In this document: piece after piece, positions 29,791 to 43,572 of the stretch
How the letters are laid out: each line of letters opens with the position of its first letter
Numbering within the stretch: the stretch's first letter is position 1
Assembly (NCBI RefSeq): GCF_009914755.1
Contig: NC_060935.1
Length of the DNA stretch: 64,000 bases
Origin: the human T2T-CHM13v2.0 reference genome, Homo sapiens
Reading direction: 5' to 3' (one strand)
Translations under genes and position numbers: made by a program
Notes under the pieces: model-generated
What the model saw: the letters and a program-made list of their open reading frames with translations, nothing else
The model's database searches: none
Told to the model about the DNA's origin: nothing

Positions 29791-31888
29791 AGAAAGTGCC
29801 CATAGTGTAGAATTTCCCTACATCAGAATTTCCCTGCTCAGAACACTAGGTTCTTGGACATTAGCCAAATTAGCTTGGAAAATACTGCATTACTTGTCTT
29901 TAAGGTACTAATATATGCTAATATACAGACTAAGTCTTCTGTACGGCCACAGAGTACCCAGCATTTTCCAAACATATTCACAGACTGGTATTCTTTAGGA
30001 CACATTTTAGAAAAGGCTGCCCGAAAGCATAAAATTCAAACAAGCCCCTCGAACTCCTCTCTAAAGCAACTGTTTTCGTTCGGCTTTTTGAGGAGCCGTG
30101 CTTTCTGTTAGGAGCCACGCTTTCTGTTGCATACAATGAGGCTCACCTGTATGGCATCACGGCTAACCCCTGAACTCGGGTTAAAGTCAACACTGGCCAG
30201 ATTACGGTAACACAACCACAAAAGCCTGGGTGTTTTAAAGACACAATGATGACACTATCCTCCTCTTCCCCTAACCTAGTCCCATCACAATCCCCGCCCC
30301 ACCTCCCTCCATCCTAAACTAAGGGAACAAGATGATCACTTTCCACTTCTTAAGAGCCACCCCACACAGAACGGAAAGGCAGAGAGCTGTGGTGGTGGGG
30401 GGGGGGGGTGGGGTGGGAGGGGGGCAGTGGTCCCACAGTGGCCACACCTGAAAGCAGTTAACATATACAAGTGAGAAAGAGGTACTCCTGACTCTTTGCC
30501 CTTAAGGGGTCACACCACCTTTCGACCCTCCAGCGGAGAGGATAAAAATCACTTTCCTGCTTCACAGAGCAGCTGTGAAGATCAATGAGGTAAGACGTGT
30601 GGTTAAGCATGGGGTGTGCAAAGTTCTATGAGTCCCAGGAAGAGAAATCAGGAACAACCACGCCAAGCCTGGACTCCCCCCTGCACCAAGAACATTAAAG
30701 CTGGAACTCTGCACTTCCTGAGTCAAACCCTGAGAAACTGAGGCTCAGAGCCCAGCAACCTGCCCAGGACCACAAGGGCCTCCCAACTCCTAGTCCTGCG
30801 CCCTCCCCTCGTCCCTGCAGTCCTCAATGCAGCCTCAGTGGTTCCCTGTGCTCCGTCACCACCCCGTCAACAGCCTGAGTCGTCAGGAAGCTCCACTTCC
30901 TCAAATCCCCCTGGGCATCTCACTGGGCCCATCTTCCTCTCTCCCTTCTCCTCCTCCATCCCAAATGCCTCTCCAGAGTCCCCAAGACCACCATGATATG
31001 CTCTAGCCCCTTCCTGCTCCTCTCCTCCCACCACCAACCCCTTCCACTTATAAAAGCCCCTGCCCCACACTTCCCTTGCCTTCCCCACATACCCAGTGAG
31101 AAGCTCCCACTGTGGGGCTGGAAAAGGTAACATTTTCTGCTCACTAAAGGGAATAAAAGCGAATCTCAATGGATGGAAATGTTAACAAAACGGATGCAAT
31201 GCCTTTTTAGCACGTTTCTCAGCTGCAAAACCATCTCAGCTGGTTTTAAAACATCCATGAAACAGACTGTGCTTGCCTTGCAAAGCCTTTGGAAAGTTCT
31301 TTCAGCAAATTTGCACAGAGGCCAAGGTCATGGGGCCAGGTCCCCATACCCTTCAGGTTCTTGAACTTGCTATTCCAGGCTTCAAGACAGGACAGGCAAG
31401 AAGCACCAAGTCCCTAACCTCTTTGAGAACCCGTGGGTTCCACTGTCCACTCCACTCCTGGCTGTGGTGGCCCCAGCCAAGAAGACACGGAATTCTCTGC
31501 CCTATACCTATGAAACCACCTGTGGCTTCAGGGCTGAGAGGCCTGGGGAACGGCTACTGTGTACAAGAGTAGAACCCATCAGAAACCATCCAAGCTATGA
31601 CATGCACCATTTCCCCCGTCACAGTCACAATTCCAAATCACCAAGCTCAAACATGGGTTGCAAAAGTAACACATTAGTCATCCTTCAAAAAAGGAACTCA
31701 CCTGTATGTGTATCATATTTCAATTATTTTTAAGTAGAACTAAAAATTCTTAGTCCAAAATGTCTCAATTACCCAAACACTAAAAGTCCTCAGGAAAAAC
31801 TGTTTCTTCCCTCCTCAGAAAGGTTCCGATTTCTTGGACAGCCTTCACATGTTCCCTCCCACACTTGGGATGGGGCTCCGTTCATTAC

Positions 31889-34050
31889 CTTGCTCCGAAG
31901 CTGAGGGCTTCTCCTGTCTCCATTCCAGGGTCTGCAGGGTGTGGCTCCAAGGAAGACGAGGAGTAATCTTCACCCTGGGTCTCTGGCCCACTTGTCTCAC
32001 CAACCCCCAGCTCCCTGGCCTCCAAGGGGTCTCTGGCCTCCAGGCCAGGAGACAAGCTGCCATTGTGCCTCAGGCCGGGCTCTGGGCACTGGCTCACCCC
32101 GCCCACCCCATGCTCCCTGGCTTCACTTGGAGCCCCAAAGAGCTCCACATTCTGGGGCGCCAAGTCCTGGGTCCAGTCCATCTGCCCCACTCCACATCCC
32201 CGTAGCCCCTGAGAACCTCCAGAGTCTGGGTCACAGGTCACCTCCAAATCCCTCAGGCCCAGATTGTTACCCCAGTCCATCTGGCCCACCCCAAGCTCTT
32301 TGGACTCTCCAGGACTGCAGACTGCCCCTGGGGCCATGTTTCTCAGCCCAAGGTCAGGTGTCCAGTCTGCCTGTCCAACTCCACGCTCCCTTGATTTAAG
32401 GAACTCTCCGGCCTCCACACCTGACCAGTCAGTCTGCCCCACGCCACTCTCTCTGGCCTGGCTGTGGCCTCCTCCCTCCCCGACCTCAGCCAAATCTTTG
32501 CTCTTCACATTAACATCAGAAGTCCAGTCCTTCTCCCCAACTCCGATTCCCCCCGGCTCTTCAGACCCTCCACTTTCCAAACAGCCGGTCAGGTTCATGT
32601 CTCTCAAGCTCAGGCCACCTGACCAGCCCATCTGTCCCACGGCACTCTCCCTGGCCTCGCTCGAGCCCCCAGAACCCACACAGCTGGACACTTCCAAGTT
32701 CCTGAGACCCAGCTGGTCAGTCCAGTCCACCGAGCCAGCTGTGGTCTTCCCAGGAGGCACAAAGTGACCACCTTCCATCTTGCTAGAAGGGCTAAAGCCA
32801 GCACCACTCACTCTGTCGTTGCCAATGATGCCAAACTGATAGCTCCTCTCACTGGCCTCGATGCAGAAGTCCCGGCTCCAGTCCTGCTGCCCTGGGCTAA
32901 ATGCTGCCTCTCGCCGGGGGCCAACACTGAGGCTAAACTCACCGACCCAGCCTCGCTTTCCCATCTCCCCATCTTCCAGGTCAGCACTGCCAGGGCCCTG
33001 AGCCCCTGCCTGCTGTCTCTCCTGATGCCCTCCCACCTCCTGGCTAGCATCACTGTTTTGCCAGCTGCTCTGGTCTCTCTGCCCGAGTGCCCCATCCGGC
33101 ACGTGGGCAGTGCTAGGACTGAACAAGCCCCCGGATCCTCTCTCTCCTGGCCGGCCAGCATCCCTGCTGCCCTCTCCAAGGCTGTCTTCCACACTTGGAA
33201 TCTTCTTCTCAAATTCCTCATCCTGTTGCTGGGCTTCCTCGGGGCTGAACCCAGAGCTCAGGGGTCTCGTTCCAAAGCTTCTGTCCTGGGCGTCAAGGGT
33301 CCTGGAGCTGCCACCACTGCTGTAGTCCCTTATCCAAGCGCTCTTCCCAAACTCCTGTTCCTGTGGCTCCGCAGCCCGGCTGCCATAGGTGCCGAGTGAC
33401 ACATCTCTCTTCTGAAACTCCCAGTCCTGCTCATCGGCATCCTGGCTGCTGTACCTACCATGGTGGTCCCTCTTCCCCAAATCTTGGCCCTGCTCGTTGG
33501 CATCTTGGCTGGCATAAGCACCCAGAGAATCTCTCTTCCCAAATTCCCAGTCCCCAAGGCTTACATCTCGACTACTGTAGGTACCCAGTGAATCTCTCTT
33601 TCCGAATTCCTGGTCCTGGAGTTCTGCATCCCGGCTGGAGTAAGTGCCCTGGGAATCCCTCTTTCTGAACTCCCAGTCCTGAACATCTGCCTCCTGGCTC
33701 CGCTGAGTGCCAAGCTGGGCTGGCTTTCCAACTACCCGGTCCTGGGCTGTGAGCACCCCTGGGGCAGACACTTTACTCTGGTCTTGGCTGCTGCTGGCCT
33801 CCATCTCCTCCTGGCCGATGCCACACCTGCTGGCCCACTCCCTGGTGCTCCCTTCCCCTGCTCCTTGCCCATACTTGCTGGTCCAGTCCCTCTCTCCGAG
33901 ACCTGGGTCTCCTCTAGGGCTTGCACCCCCAAGGCCATAGTCCTGAGAAGCACCTTGACACCAGCTGGAAGGACTGAAACTGCTGGGCTGTGGGTCTCCT
34001 GTGATCCCAAATTCACTCTGCAGATCTTTCTGGGACCAGCCAAGGAGTCC
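31889..34050 (-). CDS. TNKS1BP1: TNKS1BP1 large coding exon (GLLGWSQK...LSFGA)
   Basis: 2162-nt open exon within ORF 31885..34077; cag acceptor, gtaatg donor. Confidence 0.97.
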
Positions 34051-34731
34051 CTGGGAATAAGAAAAAAAAACAGACAAAGAAACAACGATTAGATTCCATC
34101 AGGGTGGGAGTCAATCCAGCAGAGTCAGCGCTGCCTAGTGCCTGAAAGCCCCACTTTGGCAACAGAAAGCTGTGTGACCTTGAGCAAATCACTTAACCAC
34201 TCTGGGTCTCAGCGTCCTCATCCTTAAACGAGGATAATTCCTATTGCATGGGGCTGGTGTGAGAGGATTAAATGAGATCATTTAGACCAAGCACTCAGCA
34301 TAGTGCTTGGCATGCAGTGGGCACTCAATCGATGGTCCCATGGTCATGTTTACAACTCTTGGGCAATACTTGGCTAACAGCCAGGAGAGGAGTGGTCTTC
34401 ACACAGGAATGGCAGGCAGTGCACTTTCCTTTTGATTAGGAGAGGTCAAGATTCAAAGCCTCTCTGCGACTTCCCTTGCAAGGCAAGGTTCCAACACCAA
34501 TGACAGCTTTTCCAGCCCGTCCTCCCCCATGCCCCATCTGACCCCCATCCTCCTATAAGTACCCAGGCCCTTCTTCCCCAGCCAAAGTGCCGTCTGCTCA
34601 ATCTTCCCCAGGAAGACCTCTCAGCCCTCACCCTGGCCCAGGAAAGACAAGAGGGGCAGCCTCTGGCACAGGGGAAAATCCCAGCCAGGGCTTCTTGCAC
34701 CCCACCCCCCACCTCACGCTCCCTGACTCAC

Positions 34732-34857
34732 CCTTGTGGGCGGGAGAGCCCTGGGCTCAGGGCTTCGGAGCCGGCCAGCCTCATCCCTCAGCGCAGCGTT
34801 GGCCAGCAGCCGCTCCAGGATAGACATGCTGGCCTCCCCATCCCCAGGCTGGGCCAT
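34732..34857 (-). CDS. TNKS1BP1: Candidate alternative first coding exon of TNKS1BP1 (MAQPGDGEASMSILERLLANAALRDEAGRLRSPEPRALPPTR)
   Basis: Kozak GCCATGG, 126 nt open, AGG|gtgagt donor in phase 0 with the acceptor at 34050, GC-rich upstream. Confidence 0.55.
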
Positions 34858-36028
34858 GGCCCCCCGCCCCCAACCCGCCTTGGGGCTGCTGGGTGCGGCC
34901 AGCCGGGCGCAGGGATAGAGCTGGGCTGCTACCCGCGCTGGGACCTGTCCGACGGCTCTGGCGCTGGCTCTCCCTCACCCTGGCCCTGCTCCCTCCGGAG
35001 CAGCTGCAGCTTGGGCAGCCCCGCCCAGGAGCCAGTTGAGTCACCCACATCCCGGGACAGACACACCTACTACAGGAGTCAGCTTAACCCCTTCCTGCTC
35101 CTCCTTCTCCCCGCCCCGCAGCCCCCAGAGGCCCCCTGGCTCCTCCTTTCCTGCAGCCCCGCCCCTTGCAGCCCAGGCCCGGCTTGAGAAATAAATTTCG
35201 AAAGCCACCTGGCCCCCGGCCCTTAAATTCAGAGGCAGCCTGGTAGGAGAAAGGGCACTGGGCCGGGAAACGGCGCTGGCCCGGGCCCAGCCACCAACTT
35301 GCTGGATAACTGCACAAGGCTAACCTCCTCTGAGGCCCAGCTGCCTGTCTACAAAGCAGGTCTGGAGCTCAATGTTAATAACGTTTGTAAAAGCCAACAC
35401 TTCTTAAGCACTTAGGATGAGCCAGGCACTATTCTTAGCACTTTAGACATTACAGCTCATTGAACCCTTGCCAACACCCTTGGAGGTAGAGCTCATCTTG
35501 TTATCCACATTTTACAGATGTGGAAACTGAGGCAGAGGGCAGAAAAGTCACTCTTTTAAGGTCACACCTGGGCAAAGGAAAGCAGAGCCAGGAGATGAAC
35601 CCAGGAGCCCACGCTCTAAATGGCTACACTATTTTTGCCTTGAACGATATTCCCATAATGAGAGACTGAATACTCAGCACCTGCCACGCACTGTGCCGAG
35701 AGCTTTCCACCTCGATTTACCCACAATATAACTCTAAGAGGCCAATGCTACTATCAGGAAAGCACTCTGAAGCCCAGCAGTTAAGGTACGTTCTTCCCAA
35801 GACCAATCAGCTAGCGATTGCTGGAGCTGGGATAGAGCCTCACACGAAACCCCACACACACACCGTCCTGTGTGGCTCTGCAGAGCTACAATCTGCAGGT
35901 CCACAGCTGCCTTGCTCACTACCACAGCCCAAGCTCTCGACATGTAAAATCCATGTTCAAAGAATGAAGCCCACCCAAGCCCTGGCCTCTGTCCCCAGAA
36001 GTCCCATTCTCCCTATGCCCATTCTCAC

Positions 36029-37384
36029 CTCAGAGCAGGTACTTGGGGACTGTGTGTCCTTCAGCTCAGCTCCAGCTCCCCGCCTTGCACCGCCACCACT
36101 GGGTGGTGGTGAAGCCAGGAGGTCGTCCAGCCAGCGGGAGCTGCTTTCAGGGCCTGGAGGCTCGGGGGATGCCCTACACAAGTCTTGAGCCTCTGTCCTG
36201 GCTTGGGTGGTCTCAGCCCGGGCTAGGGTCACGGCCTCCTCCTCAACAGGCAGTGCCTGTCCAGGCTCAGGGGCATCAGCAAAGAGAACACAGGGCTGGT
36301 CAGGGGCTGCTGGCTGCTCCTGCCCCAGGACTGGCTCCAGGATGGGCAAGGCTGCCTCCCTGGTAGCCAGGGAGAGAGGGGACTCCTGTCCAGCCAAGGG
36401 CTCCTGCGACTCGTATCTCTCCTCTGCCTGCTGCAAAGGTAATCCAGGTGTGCCCTCAGTTGTAGGCAGGGGCTCAAGGGGAACAGCTGGGAATTGAGGT
36501 TGACTCTCCCCATCGCCCTTCTGGGTGAGGGACATGCTTGGATCATCCCCCTGCACCCAGGAACTTCCTGACCCACTTGGAGCTGACCCAGCCCCTTGCC
36601 CCTGCTGAGACACTCCTTCTTCCCTGCTGGAAACGGCCAAGTTGCCAGCCTCAGCAGCCTCGGCGGCCTCACTGGCTTCAGTGATGGGGGAGGGAGGCGG
36701 GGAGTCCAGCCGCCACACGCCCAGACCCGAGGGCCTCGTGGGGAAGGTCCATTCGAAGGACTGTGATAAGCTCCAGTTGGACTCTGCCCCAAAGGGACGA
36801 TCCAGGGCCAACTGGCTCCCCTGGCCTTGGGGCAGGGCAGCCAGCGAGCCCCCCAGCTTCTCCTGGTCCTGACTGGGTGACTGGAGCACACCTTCAGAGA
36901 ATCGGCGCTGAACCAGGCTGGTGGGGCGGAGGTGCGCATCACCCTTGGCCTCCTCCTCCCCGCCAGATGGAAACGTCCGAGTGAGATCCAGCAACTCACC
37001 CACCTCGATCAGGGGCCGGGGTGAGGTGGCAGGGGGCTGATCCAGGCTATGGGGCTCCAAGACCTCAGCGGGTGGGCTGCTGGGTCTGGGGGCCTCTGGA
37101 GCCCCCTCGGCAGGGAGCCCCGGGCTGGGGGTGTGGCGGGAGCCCTCGTCAGGCAGGGCTGCACTTGGAGCTGATGGAGTCACAGCGGGGCAGGGAGAAG
37201 CCTGGGAAGCTTCAGGAGTCTGGGCTTCCAGAAGCTGTGAGTGGCAGGGAGAACTCTTATCAGGCGGGTGAAGATGGGGAGAGCCAGGGCCTGAGCCTGA
37301 GGCTTCTGCGGGGAGGCCTGGGCTGGCAGGGCCTCCATTCTCTGAGGAGGGGGCTGGACTTGAGGGAATCCAGGGCTTGGAAAT
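36029..37384 (-). CDS. TNKS1BP1: TNKS1BP1 coding exon (ISKPWIPSS...STCSE)
   Basis: 1356 nt within ORF 35957..37390; AG/GT boundaries. Confidence 0.97.
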
Positions 37385-38559
37385 CTGCAAGAGAAAGAAA
37401 GGTCAAGATCCGTCACTCACCTCTCAGCGGGGCGGGGAGGGTCCCCTCCGACCCCACACAGACCCCAGGTCAGCTTCTCCCAGGCTGGGAGGAGGAAACT
37501 GGAACCCGAGGGGGTCCTCTTGGGATAGCTGGGAGGGGCCCCACAGACGACTCAAGGCAGGACTTCTCACAGAGCCCCCTTTAGACCTTCTTCCCCAGAA
37601 TGCGCCTATCCTTATTCACAAAGCATAATTCCTTTCGTCTCAGGTGGTTGGAACCCCTCACCCACTCAACCCAAAGCTCATGTGAGGATCTCCTCAGAGG
37701 CCACAGTTCGGGGTCCATAACACCTGCTTTATAAAGGGAAAAGGAACATTGTGAATCTGGCTCTTGAAGCACCTCAGCATGTGGGAGTCGTGAGGGGAGA
37801 GAGGGTTTCGCGTCCAAGCAGGATTCGAGGTGCAGTGCAGCTACAGAGCAGCTCGGGGGAGTGGCTACAGCGTGCAGGGGGTGCCCCTCATGGCACAGAA
37901 GGTGCCAAGGAAGCAGGAAGGCTATGGGACCCAGGCAAAAGGCACTGGGGGGTGTGACAGCGCCTGGCTTGAGCCGTCCCAGCACTGCCTCTTACCAGCA
38001 TGTGCCCTCCCTCACATATGGCAGACACTTGGTCTCTCTGAGCCTCAGCTTCCCCATCTGTACATTAGGGCTGGTGGCAACAATGCTCATCTCCCAGTTA
38101 GGTGAGGGTGAAGGGAAATGTGTGCACTGGCCCCTCGGCATAGGACTCATGGGATGATGGCGGCAGAGAGTGGGGAGGACGTGGAGAGAAGAGGGGGACA
38201 AACAAGGCACCAAGCACCTGGCACTCCACCTGTCCCCAGACAATGAAGTGACTCTGGCTCCATCTGACCTTTGCCCTCTGCAGAGGTCACACTTCCCTGG
38301 CCGCCCTCTCCCATGTCGTTAATTCTCCCACATCATCACCTACTAGGCCTGGGCAAAATAAAGGGTCCTGCTTGCTTCTCAAGGTCCCTTCTGTTCCCTC
38401 CATGCTCACTCCCCTCTGCAACGTTCTAATGTCAAAGCTCGTGCCCTTAAACTACAGCACCCACAATTCTTTCTTGTTATTGACCCTTACGCACCCATCA
38501 TTCCTTGAAAACCATAACCGCTGCATCACTGCAACCCTCTCCATCATTGTTGTGATAGC

Positions 38560-40710
38560 TTACAGTCATCTCCATAGCCAGATGCGACCCTTCCAGCCTC
38601 TGGTTCGTTGACCTCCTCTTCCTCAGTGACTGTGCGACCCATCCTCTCAAGGTCACACCCTAGACCTCATCCTTACCAGTGGCTGCAACCTCTGCATCAT
38701 CTCAATCCCAAGTATCCCACTTGCCCACCCCCACCGCCTATCTGACCGGCTCACTCTATTTCCCCAACGCCCTTATTTTCAGCCCCTCTCATAGCACAGC
38801 CCCTTAACCCTAATTCTTTCTCATTGTCCCCCACTCCCCTCATACCCTCACCTCTCTTCTTATCACCATTAACGTCACTTTTTACTCAACACTCAACTCC
38901 CTCATCTGCTTCATCACACTGTTTAACCTGTTTAAATACAGCTCTCCAATACAGCTGGGCCAATCCTAGCCCAGCACCTGAGTAGCTGCATGTGGCTGGA
39001 TAAAAACACACAATCGTGACAGCTGGTCTCACTCCAGATTCACTGCTGACCTCAAGCCGGCCCTAGAGCTGCCCAGAATCCCACGGCACTCCCCCTGCCA
39101 TTCACTCCATGACTCTCCCAGGCAATGTTTTAGCATCTTCTCCCGTCAGACCTCCACACCTCCCCCAATCCTCTCTCAGCTGATGGCCTTGCTTCCTGTT
39201 CCCTGAGAACACAGAGGCCACCAGCAGAGAACCCCCGACAACCCCCCCACCGCCACACACACACACACCACCTACTTCCTGCATGGGAGCCCAAGCACTC
39301 TGCCTCCCCTTCTGCTATCAGGCACTGTCCTCGCTTGGGGCTGAGGTCAATCCCTCCTCTCTCTCCTGCATCGATTTTTTTTTCCCTCTCTACTGGATCA
39401 TTTCCATCAGCACACAAACTGCTCTAATTTCTTCTGTCTTGAAAAGCCAAAAAAGCAAACCAAAAAACCACTCTTGACCCCACATCACTCACTAGCTACC
39501 ATCCATTTTCTTGAAAGCCCTGTCTATATTCACTATTAATATCCACAGTTCTTCTTGTCCCCTTCTCTCTTGAAACCACTCCAAACAGGCTTTCTCCTTT
39601 ACCTTGCCACCTAACTACTCTCGTCAAGGTCACGGATGACCTCCCTGGAGCTGAATCCAATTCTCTGTGCTCATCTTACTTGACCTGTCAGTGGCATCTG
39701 ACAGCTGATGGCGCCCTCCCCCAGTCCTGGAGGCTGTCTCCACTTGGTGGACTCTCTCACTGTCCTCCCAGTCTCCTTGGCTGTGCCTCTGGGCCCTCCC
39801 CTCCTGCACCATCCCCACTCTCAGTAATCTCAGCCAGTCTTCACAAGCATTCCTACTCTGACAATTCCCAAGTGTTCCTTTCAAATTTGCTCACTTCCCT
39901 TGAAGGCCAGACTCGACTACCCAACCATCCGCTTGACGTTTCCACATGGATGTCTGAAAACCATCTCAAATTCAACAAATCCACAAAGCAAACTCCTCCC
40001 ATCTCCCCCGATCCTGCTTCACCCTTAGAAGTCCCCGTCTCGGCAACCATAAACTCATCCTTCCGGTTGCTCAGGCCAAAAGCCGTGGGGTCACCCTTGA
40101 TTCTGTGCTCTCTATCTATCTGAAAGTCCTTTCCACCATGCCTTCAAATTCTATCCAGAACCAACCACTTCTCCCCATCTCCACCGTAGGCTACCTCCAG
40201 GGTCCAAGCCGTCATCATCTCTCACTTGGACTATTCCAACAGCCCCCTGACTGGTCCATGCTGCTGATCTTACCTCCCTGCAACTGATTCTTAATCCAGT
40301 GGGCCAGGTGACTCTTCACAACTAAGACAGCAGCATCCCATGCCTCTCCTGCAAACCCTTCAAATGGCCTGTTGCTCTCACTCAAGCCAAAGTCTTTCTA
40401 GAGGCCTTCGAGACTTGACACAATCCAACCCCCCAACCCGTTGGTCCTCACTACCACCTAACTCCTCTCTCACTGCCAGGCAGACATCCTGGCCTCCTTG
40501 CCAGGAAAGCACCAATGCCTTTGTACTTGCTGTGCCCTCTACCAAGAATGCTGCTCTCCAGACATGCACACAGCTCAGCCTCTGCCCTTCACAGTGACAC
40601 CTTCCCTGACCACACTCGTCCCTGCACTCTCTACTCTACCTTCACAGCTATCTCCAACATCCAGCTCCTAACAGGCGCTCAGTCACTGCTTGCTGGATGG
40701 ACAAATGAAT
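38560..40710 (+). mobile_element. L2 LINE, degenerate
   Basis: C/T-rich L2-like text (catcttacttgacctgtcagtggcatctgacag; ctcaggccaaaa; ending ..ggacaaatgaat); boundaries approximate. Confidence 0.65.
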
Positions 40711-41312
40711 CAAGTCAGATCTCCAGCTAGCAAGGGCTGTATGAGCAAAAAGGGCCATCCTGTACCTTGTTTACTCAAGAAAGCAGGCTGACCATCTTCA
40801 AGAACGGGAGTATGATGGGAAAATCTCAGCAAAAGGACTCACCCCTCTTCTGAACTCAGAAAAGGCAGCCCAGCCAGGGAAAGCATGGGAGGCAGACACA
40901 GTAGCTGCTGCCTCAGCCTAAGTTACTTACCCTTTGTGAGTACAGGTGCTCTCATCTCTCACATGGGACTAACCAGGTCTACTAGCCAGAGTTATCACAA
41001 GGATTGAGTTGGTTAACGTTCCCAGGACAGGCCCAGCACATAGTAGGGACTTAATCAATGGCAGTTGTTGTGGATACTATCATTACTGTTTATGATGAAT
41101 GGCCTCATGGCCTTAACCACACCTAGCCACTTTGGTGATCAAGAGCACTGGCCCAGGAGTCGAAAAATCCCAGGGCCAGCCCTCCAGTGAGTCACTCTCC
41201 CCATGGGCCTCAGTTTCCCCATCTGAACTACAAGGAGTAGAAAAGATGATCTCATATGACCCTTCCAGCTCTAAAATACGTGATTCTGATTCATAACTGG
41301 AGGATAACTCAC

Positions 41313-41382
41313 ATCAGCAGGTAGCTCCGAGCTGGCTGCCTTAGCCAGGTCCCCGTTGAAGGCCAGGTCGGAAGGAAGGCTC
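41313..41382 (-). CDS. TNKS1BP1: TNKS1BP1 coding exon (SLPSDLAFNGDLAKAASSELPAD)
   Basis: 70 nt, cag acceptor and gtgagt donor; restores frame between the flanking exons. Confidence 0.93.
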
Positions 41383-42358
41383 CTGTGAGGGACGAGGACA
41401 GGAAATGGAAGCACGGAATGTTAGAGTCTGTCACAGAATGGAAAATGTGGGAGAGTCTCCCAGTGCAACTTTAACAGCACCCAAAGGTTAAACCCTCCTA
41501 GCCATTTACTCTTGAGCCCTGCCTGCAACTATTAGGGACACAGAATCTGTCCATTTTCCATTCGGCAAGTGCCCCAGAAAACAGTGCTTATTCCCTACCT
41601 GAGCATGAAGGGTTAAATTCCCCAGCTACTTTAGGAAAAGCATCCTGGATGCCCAGACCTCTCAACAGCTCCTAAAAAGATAACTCCTCTTTCCTTTAAC
41701 CCATAAGGAGTTAAAGTTCTCCTCTAGCCAGGAAGAGTGCAGCTGGTCCTGCTGCCCTGCCAATACTTCTTGAAGAATTGCAGTGGGGGAGGGGAAGAGG
41801 AAAGAGTGATTTTCCAGGGTTGAAGTTGTTCTTAAGCCCTACTTGGAGTGAGGGAGAGAAGGAAGATGGCGGGTGGAACCCAGCCTGGGCAAGAGTGTGA
41901 CCTCACAGCACCCTGGTCTGGGACAGGCAAAGGACTAGCTCTGGGGCCAAGGCTCCAGACACTTTCAGGTGAGAGAAGGGCAAGGCCAGAGGGCAGGGCA
42001 GGGCAGGGACCCTCAGCTTCCCGCTTAGCCCAGACCACACCAGCTCTTGCCTTCATAGCAGTAGGAAGAGAAAGGGAGCCTCTGAGCCCAGCAGAGCTGT
42101 TAAAGGCCCAAGGAGCCAGCCATACCTCAAGCTGGCTCTCCCAGCACTAAGGACAGCCTCTGTGCAGCTGATGGCTCCTGAGATGCCTCAGCCTCTTCCT
42201 CCAAAGTCCCGTGCCCAGCACCCCAAGAAGCACCTCCTGGGCAGCCTTGCTTTACACTAGTGGCAACTCTGGAGAAGCGTATCATATGCAAATATCTCCA
42301 ACCAGCCAAAATCTCTGTGCAGACACTAGCTGGCCTGGCATCAAGATGTGTTCCTCTC

Positions 42359-42788
<430 letters not shown>

Positions 42789-42976
42789 TTAAGAGCAGAG
42801 GATTTGGAATCAAACAAACATCTGTCTCTGCCTCTTAACTTGCCGAGACTATGGAGTCATTTTTGAGCCTCAGTTTCCTCATCTCTACAATGGATCTAAT
42901 ACTCCCTTGAACAAACAGGATGCCAACGAGGCAAAGTTTGGTGCCCAGCTCTCAGTATATAGAAACTAAACTTCTT

Positions 42977-43282
<306 letters not shown>

Positions 43283-43572
43283 CTATTGTCTATTAAACTT
43301 CTATACTGTACATTTGAACTCTCTAACATAAACCTGCATCAACTCTGTAAAGAAAACTACAACTTTAAAAGCATACAGTAATGATAACACCATCTGCTGG
43401 GGAATGATTTGTGACCTAGATCGGGATCTGCCTGTACTCACAGCACACAACCAACCTACAGGTAAAAGTCACAACCCTATATGGGGCCATGCACTTGGTC
43501 CCCAGCCCCCACCCAATCCCACCCCACCTGACCTCCAGGCTGCCACAAAATATACAACCTCCCACCCTTCAC

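Noticed and set aside
31941-34092. Plus-strand ORFs antisense to the large TNKS1BP1 exon
   Set aside because: Shadow ORFs of a GC-rich coding exon; no independent promoter or splice support.
37385-37430. Perfect donor GAG|gtgagt just upstream of the acceptor at 37384
   Set aside because: The implied intron would be 36 nt, too short, and the phase-0 frame upstream has a TGA next to the donor.
42286-42293. Octamer ATGCAAAT in a TNKS1BP1 intron
   Set aside because: Isolated 8-mer; several copies occur in the window, consistent with chance.
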